Assembly (NCBI GenBank): GCA_050246315.1
Contig: JBFWWG010000001.1
Span: forward strand, 192,001-256,000
Direction of reading: 5' to 3'
Source: Nitrospiraceae bacterium
Lineage (GTDB): Bacteria > Nitrospirota > Nitrospiria > Nitrospirales > Nitrospiraceae
DNA length: 64,000 nt
Shown: one piece after another, positions 9,712 through 17,960 of the stretch
Numbering within the stretch: the stretch's first letter is position 1
How the letters are laid out: the number at the start of each line of letters is the position of its first letter
Position numbers and translations under genes: made by a program
The notes under the pieces: generated by a model
Database searches by the model: none
The model's input: the letters and a program-made list of their open reading frames with translations, nothing else
What the model was told of the DNA's origin: nothing

Positions 9712-10026
9712 CAACGCCGTGGCCAAATGAATCGCGTCCAACGTCCCGAGGACGGTCGGCAAGGGTTGAGAAGCCCTTGCGAGAACGGGCCGAGTCAGTT
9801 CGACGACCTCGACGGCTTCGAGGAAACGAAACACCGCCTCACGCCTGACGGCGATCTCCACGTCGTCCAGGCCCTCTGCCACACGCAATCGATCCAAGGT
9901 GCGCAGACACTCGATTTCCACCAACGCCGAGGCCACGCCTTGTGTGATCGATCGCTACCCCCGAAACGCATGAGGCCGGCCAAGGATGATCCGAAGGATG
10001 GTCGAGGAATCCAGGTACGCAATCAC
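9703..10026 (-). pseudogene. vapC: PIN-domain (VapC) toxin pseudogene
   Basis: VIAYLDSS...(TAG at 9955-9957)...VASALVEIEC...LGTLDAIHLATALLW; truncated at the 3' end. Confidence 0.8.
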
Positions 10027-10291
10027 CGTTCGCCTTGGCGCTCTTTGAGGAGGAGTTCAACTACATCAAGATTCCGACGAAGTCGCAGCGGCGGGGGTAC
10101 CCGGATGTCCCTGAGCGAGGGAGCCCCCGGGACCGGGCTGCGCACGGCAAGGGTTGAGGACTGATCGTCGTAGGGCACGATGCGCGCAATCGGCGCGCTC
10201 CGGCCAGCACCGTCACGGTCCGCCCCGCCCGTACTGTACGTAGGTGTTCGCTCAACCTGCTCTTCAGTTCCGCCACGCGCACGCCTTTCAT
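10023..10291 (-). pseudogene. Phd/YefM antitoxin, frameshifted
   Basis: MKGVRVAELKSRLSEHLRTVRAGRTVTVL, then a frame change to PIARIVPY...ERQGER*. Stop overlaps the vapC start (GTGA). Confidence 0.75.
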
Positions 10292-10839
10292 GGTCATAAT
10301 ATGGTCAACTCTGGTCACATTGTCATAGCGACTGAATGAGCTCCTTGATCCACTAATTCCCCGCGGGCGCACGGAGGAGGGCTGTGCCTGAAGAACCCTG
10401 GCACACCAAGCGAGGATTGGCCTGTCAGCCGAAGCAGGTGGGGCCTCAAATGAGAAACCTCTCGGAGCTCACATAATAGAAGACGCAATTTTGGGCGTGG
10501 TAGTTCCGGTGGCCTATGAAAACAGAGGAACGGAAACCCTCATCAGGTGCTTCTCCGCTGGCACAGTTTCGAAAAGCCGATGAAGAGCCGGTGGTTCAAG
10601 CGAAGTGTGGTATCGCGGATAGCGGGGCTTCGCCCGATGAGCCGCCGCATCACACCAACCGAAGGAAGAGCCTCGCGGGAGGTGTTTATCCGCGGGCGTC
10701 AATGAGGAAGGCTTCGCCTGAAGTGCCCGCGGTACACGAAATGCGGTTTTGCAAGAAAGAAAATCACTGGAGGGTTTTCTCCGGCCGCATCCATTACGAT
10801 AAAGCGCAAAAGAGCGGCCGGTTCAACCGAAGGTTGGTA

Positions 10840-11186
10840 TGGTGGAGGCGAGGGGAGTTGAACCCCTGTCCGAAGACCGTCAGCGCACCGACCCTCCATG
10901 CGTAGTCGGCGATTAGGATTCGCCACCGTTCATGTCCGCCGACGGGCTGAGAACGGCCGCTAGCTCAGAATGGTCTCGCCCTTCCCCGCTGAGCACCGAG
11001 GTCGGGCCAGCCTGCCACATCGCGCCCCCTCACCCCCGCAGGCAAGAGATGAGAGAACGTCACAGCTTAAGCTGCGAGTGCCAGTTCTTGATTGGCAGTT
11101 GTGTATGTTCCTCGAGGTTTAACGAGTCTCCAGGAGCTCGGCATGCGTCAGTGGCGTCAGTGTCCCCGTCGAAACCGGTCGCCCCC
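10840..11186 (-). ncRNA. ssrA: tmRNA (transfer-messenger RNA)
   Basis: 5' end GGGGGCGACCGGTTTCGAC and 3' end GGGGTTCAACTCCCCTCGCCTCCACCA. Tag reading frame 11096-11067 encodes ANQELALAA*. Confidence 0.96.
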
Positions 11187-11194
11187 TTTCTTGT

Positions 11195-11318
11195 CAGAAT
11201 GTTGAAAAGGGCCTCCAGCCTTGCTCTCCCATTGCGCCGAGCCTCGACGCACCGAAAAGAGTACGTCTCGCCTCTTCACTCGATCGGACCGCGCTGGACG
11301 ACCCTGTTGAACATTCTG
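11195..11318. repeat. ~125-bp palindromic dispersed repeat (MITE/REP-like)
   Basis: Terminal inverted repeats CAGAATGTTGAAAAGGG..TCCAGC / GCTGGA..CCCTGTTGAACATTCTG. Related to 35656-35781. Confidence 0.75.
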
Positions 11319-11456
11319 GAAACCCGATGGGTTGTCATAGCCATTGTGTCGGCCATGCTCCCATTCACAATCTAGGTCATGATATCGCATGGATCAAGAG
11401 GATGCCAAGCCGCTCCGTGCCTTTATCAAGGAACTTGGTCTGCTGTAGGATCTCCG

Positions 11457-11714
11457 TTGCCCTACACCGTCCAGTTGGCGCCCGCCGCCCAACGCCAACT
11501 TCAATCTCTGCCCAAACAGCTTCACCGCCAGATCACCAAGCGCCTCCTCAAGTTGGAAGTCACGTCTCGCCCTGAAGGAGTGAAGATGGTTGAGTGAGAA
11601 AAGGATCTCTACCGGCTGCGCATTGGGGACTATCGAATCATCTATGCCATTCGCGACCGCGAATTGATACTCCTCGTCGTCACAGTCGGCCATCGACGTG
11701 AGATCTCTCGATAG
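11457..11714 (+). pseudogene. relE: RelE/ParE family toxin with an internal stop
   Basis: PYTVQLAPAAQRQLQSLP...RPEGVKMVE*EKDLYRLRIGDYRIIY...VGHRREI, with in-frame TGA at 11595-11597. Confidence 0.85.
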
Positions 11715-11722
11715 AATGCTCC

Positions 11723-11816
11723 ATAATATGCTGTCCCAGAAATTCGTTCGTGGTGAGCCCTTCGACGGGACCAGGGCGAACGCGTTATCAACGAAATTTG
11801 TGGGACGCTATACTAG
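11723..11816. mobile_element. Degenerate short MITE with a nested CCCTTCGAC..AGGGCGAAC REP-like motif
   Basis: Inverted repeats GTCCCAGAAATTCGTT / AACGAAATTTGTGGGAC and a CTAG at the right end. Similar to 45980-46089. Confidence 0.55.
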
Positions 11817-11923
11817 CGGAAGTCTCGGGTAGACAACGTTCACTCAAGACCCGTACGAGTCGAGTGGATGCCAGCCTATGACCCAGGACTTCCTCAGGGC
11901 TGAACACACGCTCATCACAAACT

Positions 11924-12434
11924 GGTTCTTCCGGCTTTCGTGTGGGGAGCGAGGATAGCCTTTGTCGCCTCGGCTGACGAAGGCCGGGCGTCTCCGGGCC
12001 TTGCCCTGATGCGATGGTGTCGCCGCCCTCTTCTCATGTCGTCCTGGTGGTCGCCGCGCCTCTGAGGCCGCGTCGGAGCGCGAAGCCGGCGCGGCGACAC
12101 CCGAGCCCGGCACCTGACTGGCTTGCGCCCGCCCGGGCCGCGGCCCTCCGCGCGCCGCCCTTCCAGCCTCGCCTCACGCCTGTCCCGGGGAGCAGAGCGA
12201 GGGAGGCCCGCTCGCATTGCCGGAGGATCGGGGCCCCACCGAGGGCACGGCAGGAAGGAAAGCTGGACCTGGCCGATGCCCCACGGTCGCCAGACCGTGG
12301 CGGAGCGAATTCCAGAAGGGTTCCGCCTGCGGAGCCCCGGAAGGGTCGATCCGGGAGGTGCGAGAGCGGGCGTCCCCTCGCCCGCGCCGAGGATGTGGGT
12401 TTTACAAGCAACCCACCCGATTTCCGGAAGAGCC
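11924..12434. mobile_element. Non-autonomous ISL3-like element (MITE), copy 1, 511 bp
   Basis: Imperfect TIRs GGTTCTTCCGG..TCGTGTGG / CCACCCGA..CCGGAAGAGCC. Perfect 8-bp target duplication CACAAACT at 11916-11923 and 12435-12442. No credible ORF. Confidence 0.85.
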
Positions 12435-12503
12435 CACAAACTATCGCCTAAGCGAAAAGTCCAGTTCCACTTCCGGTCTCCTTGCTCAACCGACCACTGC
12501 TGA

Positions 12504-13583
12504 TTACGACTCCTCCAGGGGTCCAAAGCGCTGCTCGACTTCCGTCCGATCGCAGGACCAGAGGGAGTCCGTCTTATAGTTCTCGAATCGCCCGTCTGCG
12601 GCGGCGGTCGCCACCCGTTTTCTCAGCGCGTCCATCTCTTGTGCGGTCATCGGGGCGAAGCGCCGGGCGATCGCCAGATTCTGATGCAACACTTCTCGGG
12701 AGTCGATTCCGCTGACGAGCGTCGCAATGGGAAGCGAAAGCACGTAGCGGATCGCTTCTTCTACGGTCACCAGGCCTCTCTTGATCGGCTCGCCTCTCCC
12801 ACAGAGTGATTTCATCCCCAAGGGGGCGATGCCACGGCTGATCAGTTCGGGCAGGACCCGTCGTTCAAAACTCTGGTACGAGGCATCGAACAGATTGAGC
12901 GGGAGCTGGCAGGTATCGAACGGAAAGTCATGTTTGAGAATGCTGAGATGGACCGCCGGATCTTTGTGCCCCGTAAATCCAATGAACCGGACCTTGCCCT
13001 GCTCCTTCGCCTGGAGCAAGGCCTCCGCGGCTCCTCCGGTACGAAAGATAAGCTCGGGATCGTCCTGACAACCGACTTCATGAATCTGCCAGAGATCCAG
13101 GTAATCGGTCCTGAGCCGCCGTAACGATTGCTCCAGGTGCAGCAGGCCGATCGCTTTCCCCCGGCCGTGCGTGCACATCTTGGTCATCAGAAAGACCCGC
13201 TGTCGCCTGCCTTGCAAGGCCTTCCCCATGACCTCTTCGCTGCGGTTGTTGGAGTAGTCCCACGCATTGTCGAAAAAGGTCAGGCCGGCCTCGATCGCTT
13301 CATGGACGACCCTTGCCCCCTCTTCTTCGCTGGTCCTGATGAGGTGCCCCCCACCCAGCGCGAGGATCGGGACAGTGACGCCGGTGCGCCCCAATGGACG
13401 ATGCGGCAGGCCGCCGATCGCCCGCTTGCCTTCGTCCTTTTTTATTTCGGCAAGCACTCGGGAGGCGCCGACCATGTTCCCGACCGCGAGAGCGGAACCA
13501 AGCAGCCCCATGCCTTTCAAGACCTGCCTTCGATCCAGTTTCATGATCGAATCATCTCCGAGTGATGTGTTGTCCTCAGCCAT
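12504..13583 (-). CDS. Aldo/keto reductase with a Tat-type signal
   Basis: LDRRQVLK twin-arginine motif; RPLGRTG, FFDNAWDY, SLRRLRTDYLDLWQIH and GKVRFIGFTGH. Confidence 0.9.
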   Translation of the reverse strand: MAEDNTSLGDDSIMKLDRRQVLKGMGLLGSALAVGNMVGASRVLAEIKKDEGKRAIGGLPHRPLGRTGVTVPILALGGGHLIRTSEEEGARVVHEAIEAGLTFFDNAWDYSNNRSEEVMGKALQGRRQRVFLMTKMCTHGRGKAIGLLHLEQSLRRLRTDYLDLWQIHEVGCQDDPELIFRTGGAAEALLQAKEQGKVRFIGFTGHKDPAVHLSILKHDFPFDTCQLPLNLFDASYQSFERRVLPELISRGIAPLGMKSLCGRGEPIKRGLVTVEEAIRYVLSLPIATLVSGIDSREVLHQNLAIARRFAPMTAQEMDALRKRVATAAADGRFENYKTDSLWSCDRTEVEQRFGPLEES

Positions 13584-13785
13584 TGGTCGTCCCTCCGGAG
13601 AGTGCCTGCAAGATGTGTGGGCGGGTTTGCTGTCCAATCACCCATTGGCTGTCGGACCTCAACGGTTCCGCCGCGACCCGGAATCGATCGCCGTCACGAG
13701 GTCACTCCTAGCCCCTAGGATAATCCTTTCCGAGTAGGGTATGCTGAGGTTCTTTCGAGTCCACTTTCGCTCACGGAGAAGATCC

Positions 13786-15015
13786 ATGCATTCGACGCGC
13801 TATCTCCTCATCGGCGGCGGACTGACTTCCAGTCAAGCCGCGAAGCAGTTACGGCAGCTCGATTCCGGCGCCTCCATTACGCTGATCAGTGAAGAACCGC
13901 ATCCGCCGTATGACCGACCGCCGCTCTCCAAGGACTTTCTTCGAGGCGAGACCTCCGCCGACACGTTGCCGTACGATCCGGAGACCTCTCTTCGGGAGCA
14001 GAACATTGATCTCATCCTGGACACATCCGTTGAGCGGCTCGACCCGTCCAGCAAAACGGTCTCGTTGAAGGATGGACGCCAGATCCGCTTTGAGAAGGCC
14101 TTGCTCGCGACCGGCGGGCGTCCGGTCCGACTCAATATTCCCGGCGCCGACCTCCCCGGTGTCCACTATCTCCGTAGGATCGAGGACTCCATCGCCATCG
14201 CCGCGGACGCCAAGGCCGGGGCGAAGGCCGTAGTGGTCGGGGCTGGGTTCATCGGATTGGAGGTCGCGGCTTCACTCACGCAACGGGGCGTCCAGGTCAC
14301 GGTGGTTGAATTTCAACCGCACATCTGGGCCCGTTTTGCCGACGCCGGCCTGGCCGCTTTCGTCGAGCGTCATTGCACCACCCGTGGGGTCACATTCCGG
14401 ACGAACGAGGCGGTGGTTCAGATCCAACGCCACAATCAGGCGTTCACTGTGGATCTCAAATCCGGGACCTCGCTGGCCTGTAATTTCGTCTGCATCGGGG
14501 TGGGTATCGTGCCGAACGTCGAATTGGCCCAGCAGGCCAGCCTGCACGTGGACAACGGCGTCGTCGTGAACGAGTATTTGCAGACCTCGCATCCGGACAT
14601 CTACGCCGGCGGCGACATCGCCAACTATCCGGATCCATTATTCGGCAAGCGGCGGCGTGTCGAACACTGGGGCCATGCCGAATACTGCGGCCAGCTCGTC
14701 GCCCAGAACATGGCCGGCGCCAGAAACCGCTACGACCTCCTGACCTATGTCTGGTCCGACATCTTCGATCTTCATTTGGAATTCGCCGGGGATGAAACCG
14801 AACACGACCAGATGCTTGTCCGCGGCGACCTCGACAAGCCGCCGTTTACGCTGTTGTATCTGAAGGAACATCGCCTGCGGGCCTACTTCGCCGTCAATGC
14901 GAATGCCAAAGATTTTCAGCCGTTGCAGCGGCTGATTCGAAGCGGTAAGGACTTACGCGGCCAGGAATTGCAACTTCAGGATGCGGCTGTTCCCGTCAAG
15001 ACTCTGTTGACCTGA
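13786..15015 (+). CDS. FAD/NAD(P)-dependent oxidoreductase (ferredoxin reductase type)
   Basis: IGGG, PYDRPPLSK, LATGG, VVGAGFIGLE, TSHPDIYAGGD, RRVEHW and WSD. Confidence 0.9.
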   Translation: MHSTRYLLIGGGLTSSQAAKQLRQLDSGASITLISEEPHPPYDRPPLSKDFLRGETSADTLPYDPETSLREQNIDLILDTSVERLDPSSKTVSLKDGRQIRFEKALLATGGRPVRLNIPGADLPGVHYLRRIEDSIAIAADAKAGAKAVVVGAGFIGLEVAASLTQRGVQVTVVEFQPHIWARFADAGLAAFVERHCTTRGVTFRTNEAVVQIQRHNQAFTVDLKSGTSLACNFVCIGVGIVPNVELAQQASLHVDNGVVVNEYLQTSHPDIYAGGDIANYPDPLFGKRRRVEHWGHAEYCGQLVAQNMAGARNRYDLLTYVWSDIFDLHLEFAGDETEHDQMLVRGDLDKPPFTLLYLKEHRLRAYFAVNANAKDFQPLQRLIRSGKDLRGQELQLQDAAVPVKTLLT

Positions 15016-15090
15016 CCGGCCGTCCCGTCTTCGGCCCCTTCAGAGATTTGGCTCCTTCAGAGAGCCGCATCCCACTACCATTACATTCTG

Positions 15091-15291
15091 ATGGGAGGCA
15101 CCACGCGTCACGTCCTCGATCTTGCAAAGGGCCGGCTCGCATTCGACATCGCGACCTATTTTCAAGTCCAACGGCTGGATCTCTTCTACCCGGACATCTC
15201 CATCGTGTTCACGGTCCGCGATCCGTCTCAGCATTGCCACATCTCTCTGCGGTTAAGTCCGTTCGGTTACGCCACGTAACGGGGCGGTTGA
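15091..15291 (+). pseudogene. uraH: 5-hydroxyisourate hydrolase (transthyretin-like), internally deleted
   Basis: MGGTTRHVLDLAKG is fused to AFDIATYF...FYPDISIVFTVRDPSQHCHISLRLSPFGYAT*RGG (family C-terminus YSTYRGS). Confidence 0.7.
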
Positions 15292-15318
15292 GCGGACGCG
15301 TTGGTCGCGTTCGTCCGC

Positions 15319-15870
15319 TTATTTCGGCGCGGGAAGCTTGTGCGCCGCACCGATGCTGTCCAGGCCGGCCTGAGCGCAAGCCGCATCCAGGTGACCGCCC
15401 GGAGCGCCGCCGACTCCGATGCCGCCGACAACCTCGCCGCCGATTTCGATCGGCAGGCCTCCGCCGAGAATCAGGATCTTGTCGTTCATGTCGCGGAGGC
15501 CTTGCACACCTGGCATTCGGCCCAGCATTTCAGCCAGGTCCCCGGTCGAGCCGCGCAGGCTCGCCGCCGTATAGGCCTTCTTACTACTGCTCTCCACCGT
15601 ATGGGGTCCGGCCCCATCTCCGCGCGAAAACGCCCGCAACACGCCCGCCCGATCCGCCACCGCCACGCTGACGCGATAGCCGTCCTTGGTGCATTTCTCC
15701 AAGGCGGCCGCGACCGCCTTGTTGGCCATCGCCAATGGCAGCACCGCCTCGCGGGGGAGATCATCCGCCGTGGCCACACTTGTCATAAATCCAAATGATA
15801 CTGCTAGAGCGCTGGCCAACCCACAGATCGCAGGGCGAGAGCGTGGCCGGCTATACCTTCTATTCTCCAT
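15319..15870 (-). CDS. GlcG/HbpS family heme-binding protein (exported)
   Basis: VSVAVADRAG...SKKAYTA...LGGGLPI...GGIGVGGAPGGHLDAACA, with a signal peptide. Confidence 0.88.
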   Translation of the reverse strand: MENRRYSRPRSRPAICGLASALAVSFGFMTSVATADDLPREAVLPLAMANKAVAAALEKCTKDGYRVSVAVADRAGVLRAFSRGDGAGPHTVESSSKKAYTAASLRGSTGDLAEMLGRMPGVQGLRDMNDKILILGGGLPIEIGGEVVGGIGVGGAPGGHLDAACAQAGLDSIGAAHKLPAPK

Positions 15871-16000
15871 AAGTCCCTCCATAAAAGGTGAACAGTGAGG
15901 TCCGATCATACCCTGTCCGTCGATGCTCGTCTAATATGCCGAGGCGCCTTCGGTAAGGCGATCAGAAATCGTCGTAACCATCCTACTATCTTTGATCTTT

Positions 16001-16480
16001 GGTTCTTCAGGCTTTCGTGTGGGGAGCGAGGGTAGCCCTTCTCGCCTCGGCTGACGAAGGCCGGGCGTCTCCGGGCCTTGCCCTGATGCGATGGTGTCGC
16101 CGCGCCTCTGAGGCCGCGTCGGAGCGCGAAGCCGGCGCGGCGACACGCGAGCCCGGCACCTGACTGGCTTGGGCCCGCCCGGGCCGCGGCCCCCCGCGCC
16201 CCGCCCTTCCAGCCTCGCCGCGCGCCTGTCCCGGGGAGCAGAGCGAGGGAGGCCCGCTCGCATTGCCGGAGGATCGGGGCCCCACCGAGGGCACGGCAGG
16301 AAGGAAAGCTGGAACTGGCCGATGCCCCACGGTCGCCAGACCGTGGCGGAGCGAATTCCAGAAGGGGTCCGCCTGCGGAGCCCCGGACGAGTCGATCCGG
16401 GAGGCGCGAGAGCGGGCGTCCCCTCGCCCGCGCCGAGGGTGTGAGTTTTACAAGCAACCCACCCGATTTCCGGAACAGCC
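16001..16480. mobile_element. Non-autonomous ISL3-like element (MITE), copy 2, 480 bp
   Basis: Same orientation as copy 1; about 18 substitutions counted by eye and lacking a 31-bp segment. Flanks TGATCTTT / CTATCTTG form only a degenerate target duplication. Confidence 0.82.
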
Positions 16481-16501
16481 CTATCTTGAAGCAACTGCCG
16501 A

Positions 16502-16747
16502 CTACTTAGGATGAGGAATGATGGAGAGGAGAATGTACGAGTCGCCGTCGATGATGAAGTAGAACCGGTAGTCGTCATCCACCCGAGCCTGCCAGATGTC
16601 TTTTGCTTCGTTGTACTTCTTGGCCCGTAGTGAGGGATGTCGAAGGTTGGAGAGGAGGAAAGCCAACTGCTTGTCGAACTTCGCTTGCCGGTCTTCGGAG
16701 AGCTTCTGATACTGTTTGCGAAAACGAAGCGTGAAGGACGCCGTCAT
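16502..16747 (-). CDS. RelE/ParE-like type II toxin
   Basis: FTLRFRKQYQKL...HPSLRAKK...WQARVDDDYRFYF. Confidence 0.8.
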   Translation of the reverse strand: MTASFTLRFRKQYQKLSEDRQAKFDKQLAFLLSNLRHPSLRAKKYNEAKDIWQARVDDDYRFYFIIDGDSYILLSIIPHPK

Positions 16748-16992
16748 GCGGTCCGGCGGCGGAGGGCACGGATCGTTGCCTGAGCGGTGGGGAACGGGCC
16801 TTTCACACGACCGCGCTTAACCTCGTTCAGCGCCAACGTCAATTCGCGGTCAATCGCACGCTTCGGAACCAACGTGATTTTCTTTCCTTCGACTTTCGCG
16901 TCAAGAAGATCGCCTACCGCGACTCCGGCCTTCGCGAGAATCCCAGGCGGAAACGTCACTTGGCAGTGCGATCTCACCTTAACAACGGCCAC
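16744..16992 (-). CDS. AbrB/MazE-type antitoxin
   Basis: VKVRSHCQVTFP...VGDLL...KITLVPK...GRVKGPF. ATGA overlap with the toxin. Confidence 0.75.
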   Translation of the reverse strand: MAVVKVRSHCQVTFPPGILAKAGVAVGDLLDAKVEGKKITLVPKRAIDRELTLALNEVKRGRVKGPFPTAQATIRALRRRTA

Positions 16993-17207
16993 TGTCGGAT
17001 CCCCTTTCGAACAACTACGGAAAGACCTCGATACATGGGCTTCACTATAGATCCGGCTCATTTAGGGTGTCAATGACGTAGGGCAACGTGTCCAGGGGAC
17101 ATATACATTGGCGACAGACTCTTCTACGTAAACTGGTTGCTGCACAGGTCAAGGGGATGCCAGGGTCTGGCAGAATAGGATACCTCTTCTGTGATACGTT
17201 TGACGCC

Positions 17208-17924
17208 ATGCCCACGGTACCGGTGGACATCGCGGCCGGTTTCATCCTTCTCACTCTGACCATGCTCGCGATCCTCAGCGTGCTCTTCGTCAACCGCTCG
17301 CGTTCGCTCTGGATGATTGTCGCACTAATGGTCGCGTGGACGACTTTGACCGCGGCGCTGGCCTTGTCCGGAACATTGAATAGATTCGACCTTCGCCAGC
17401 CTTGGATTCCCATATTGGTCCTGACTCAATTGACTTTCGTGGTCTGGCTAGCCTGGTTTTCATCCTGGAGCGGTCTTCTCACACAGATCCCGCAATTCAC
17501 TCTGGTGGGCCTACAATGCTTTCGCATCCCGGTTGAACTCCTCTTGGCTGCGCTTGCAACCAGACGGATGCTCGCAATGGAGATGACATACTACGGAAGA
17601 AATTTCGATGTGCTTGCAGGAGTCACGGCCATCATTGTGGCAGTCTGGATCAATCGCCATGGGGAAAAGCCCGTCCGTCTTATCGTTCTGACATGGAACT
17701 TGCTGGGCCTGAGCCTGGTGAGCGCTGTGCTCGCGCAAGGTATGCTCTCAGTGCCGTATCCATTCCAACTGCTTCACCTTTCGGTCCCTACATTTATCGT
17801 TGCACAGTTCCCGGTCGTCTGGCTCGTCACTGTCCTTGTCCCCATTGCCTACCTGTTGCATTTCGTGTCGATCCGGCGCTGCTTAGGGGAGACCGTCGAG
17901 ATTTCGACGCCGAGTGCGTCCTAG
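17208..17924 (+). CDS. Polytopic membrane protein of unknown function
   Basis: About 7 hydrophobic segments; LQCFRIPVE and GRNFDVLAG motifs. Confidence 0.7.
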   Translation: MPTVPVDIAAGFILLTLTMLAILSVLFVNRSRSLWMIVALMVAWTTLTAALALSGTLNRFDLRQPWIPILVLTQLTFVVWLAWFSSWSGLLTQIPQFTLVGLQCFRIPVELLLAALATRRMLAMEMTYYGRNFDVLAGVTAIIVAVWINRHGEKPVRLIVLTWNLLGLSLVSAVLAQGMLSVPYPFQLLHLSVPTFIVAQFPVVWLVTVLVPIAYLLHFVSIRRCLGETVEISTPSAS

Positions 17925-17960
17925 CCATTCACAATTAGAAGCGTTGCATTGCCTGACTAG

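Noticed and set aside
10535..10580. Hammerhead ribozyme (minus-strand GAAA...CTGATGAG)
   Set aside because: Stems I and III and the NUH cleavage triplet cannot be formed
10840..10875. tRNA gene
   Set aside because: This is the tRNA-like 3' domain of tmRNA; the matching 5' end and tag ORF are present
11844..12579. Multiple overlapping ORFs in the repeat (also at 15906-16578)
   Set aside because: They are Arg/Pro/Gly/Ala-rich in all frames, which is expected from extreme GC. The 31-bp indel between the copies is not a multiple of three
11916..16488. Composite transposon formed by the two 0.5-kb repeats
   Set aside because: Copy 1 has its own 8-bp target duplication on both sides, and the outer flanks (CACAAACT and CTATCTTG) do not match, so the copies are independent insertions
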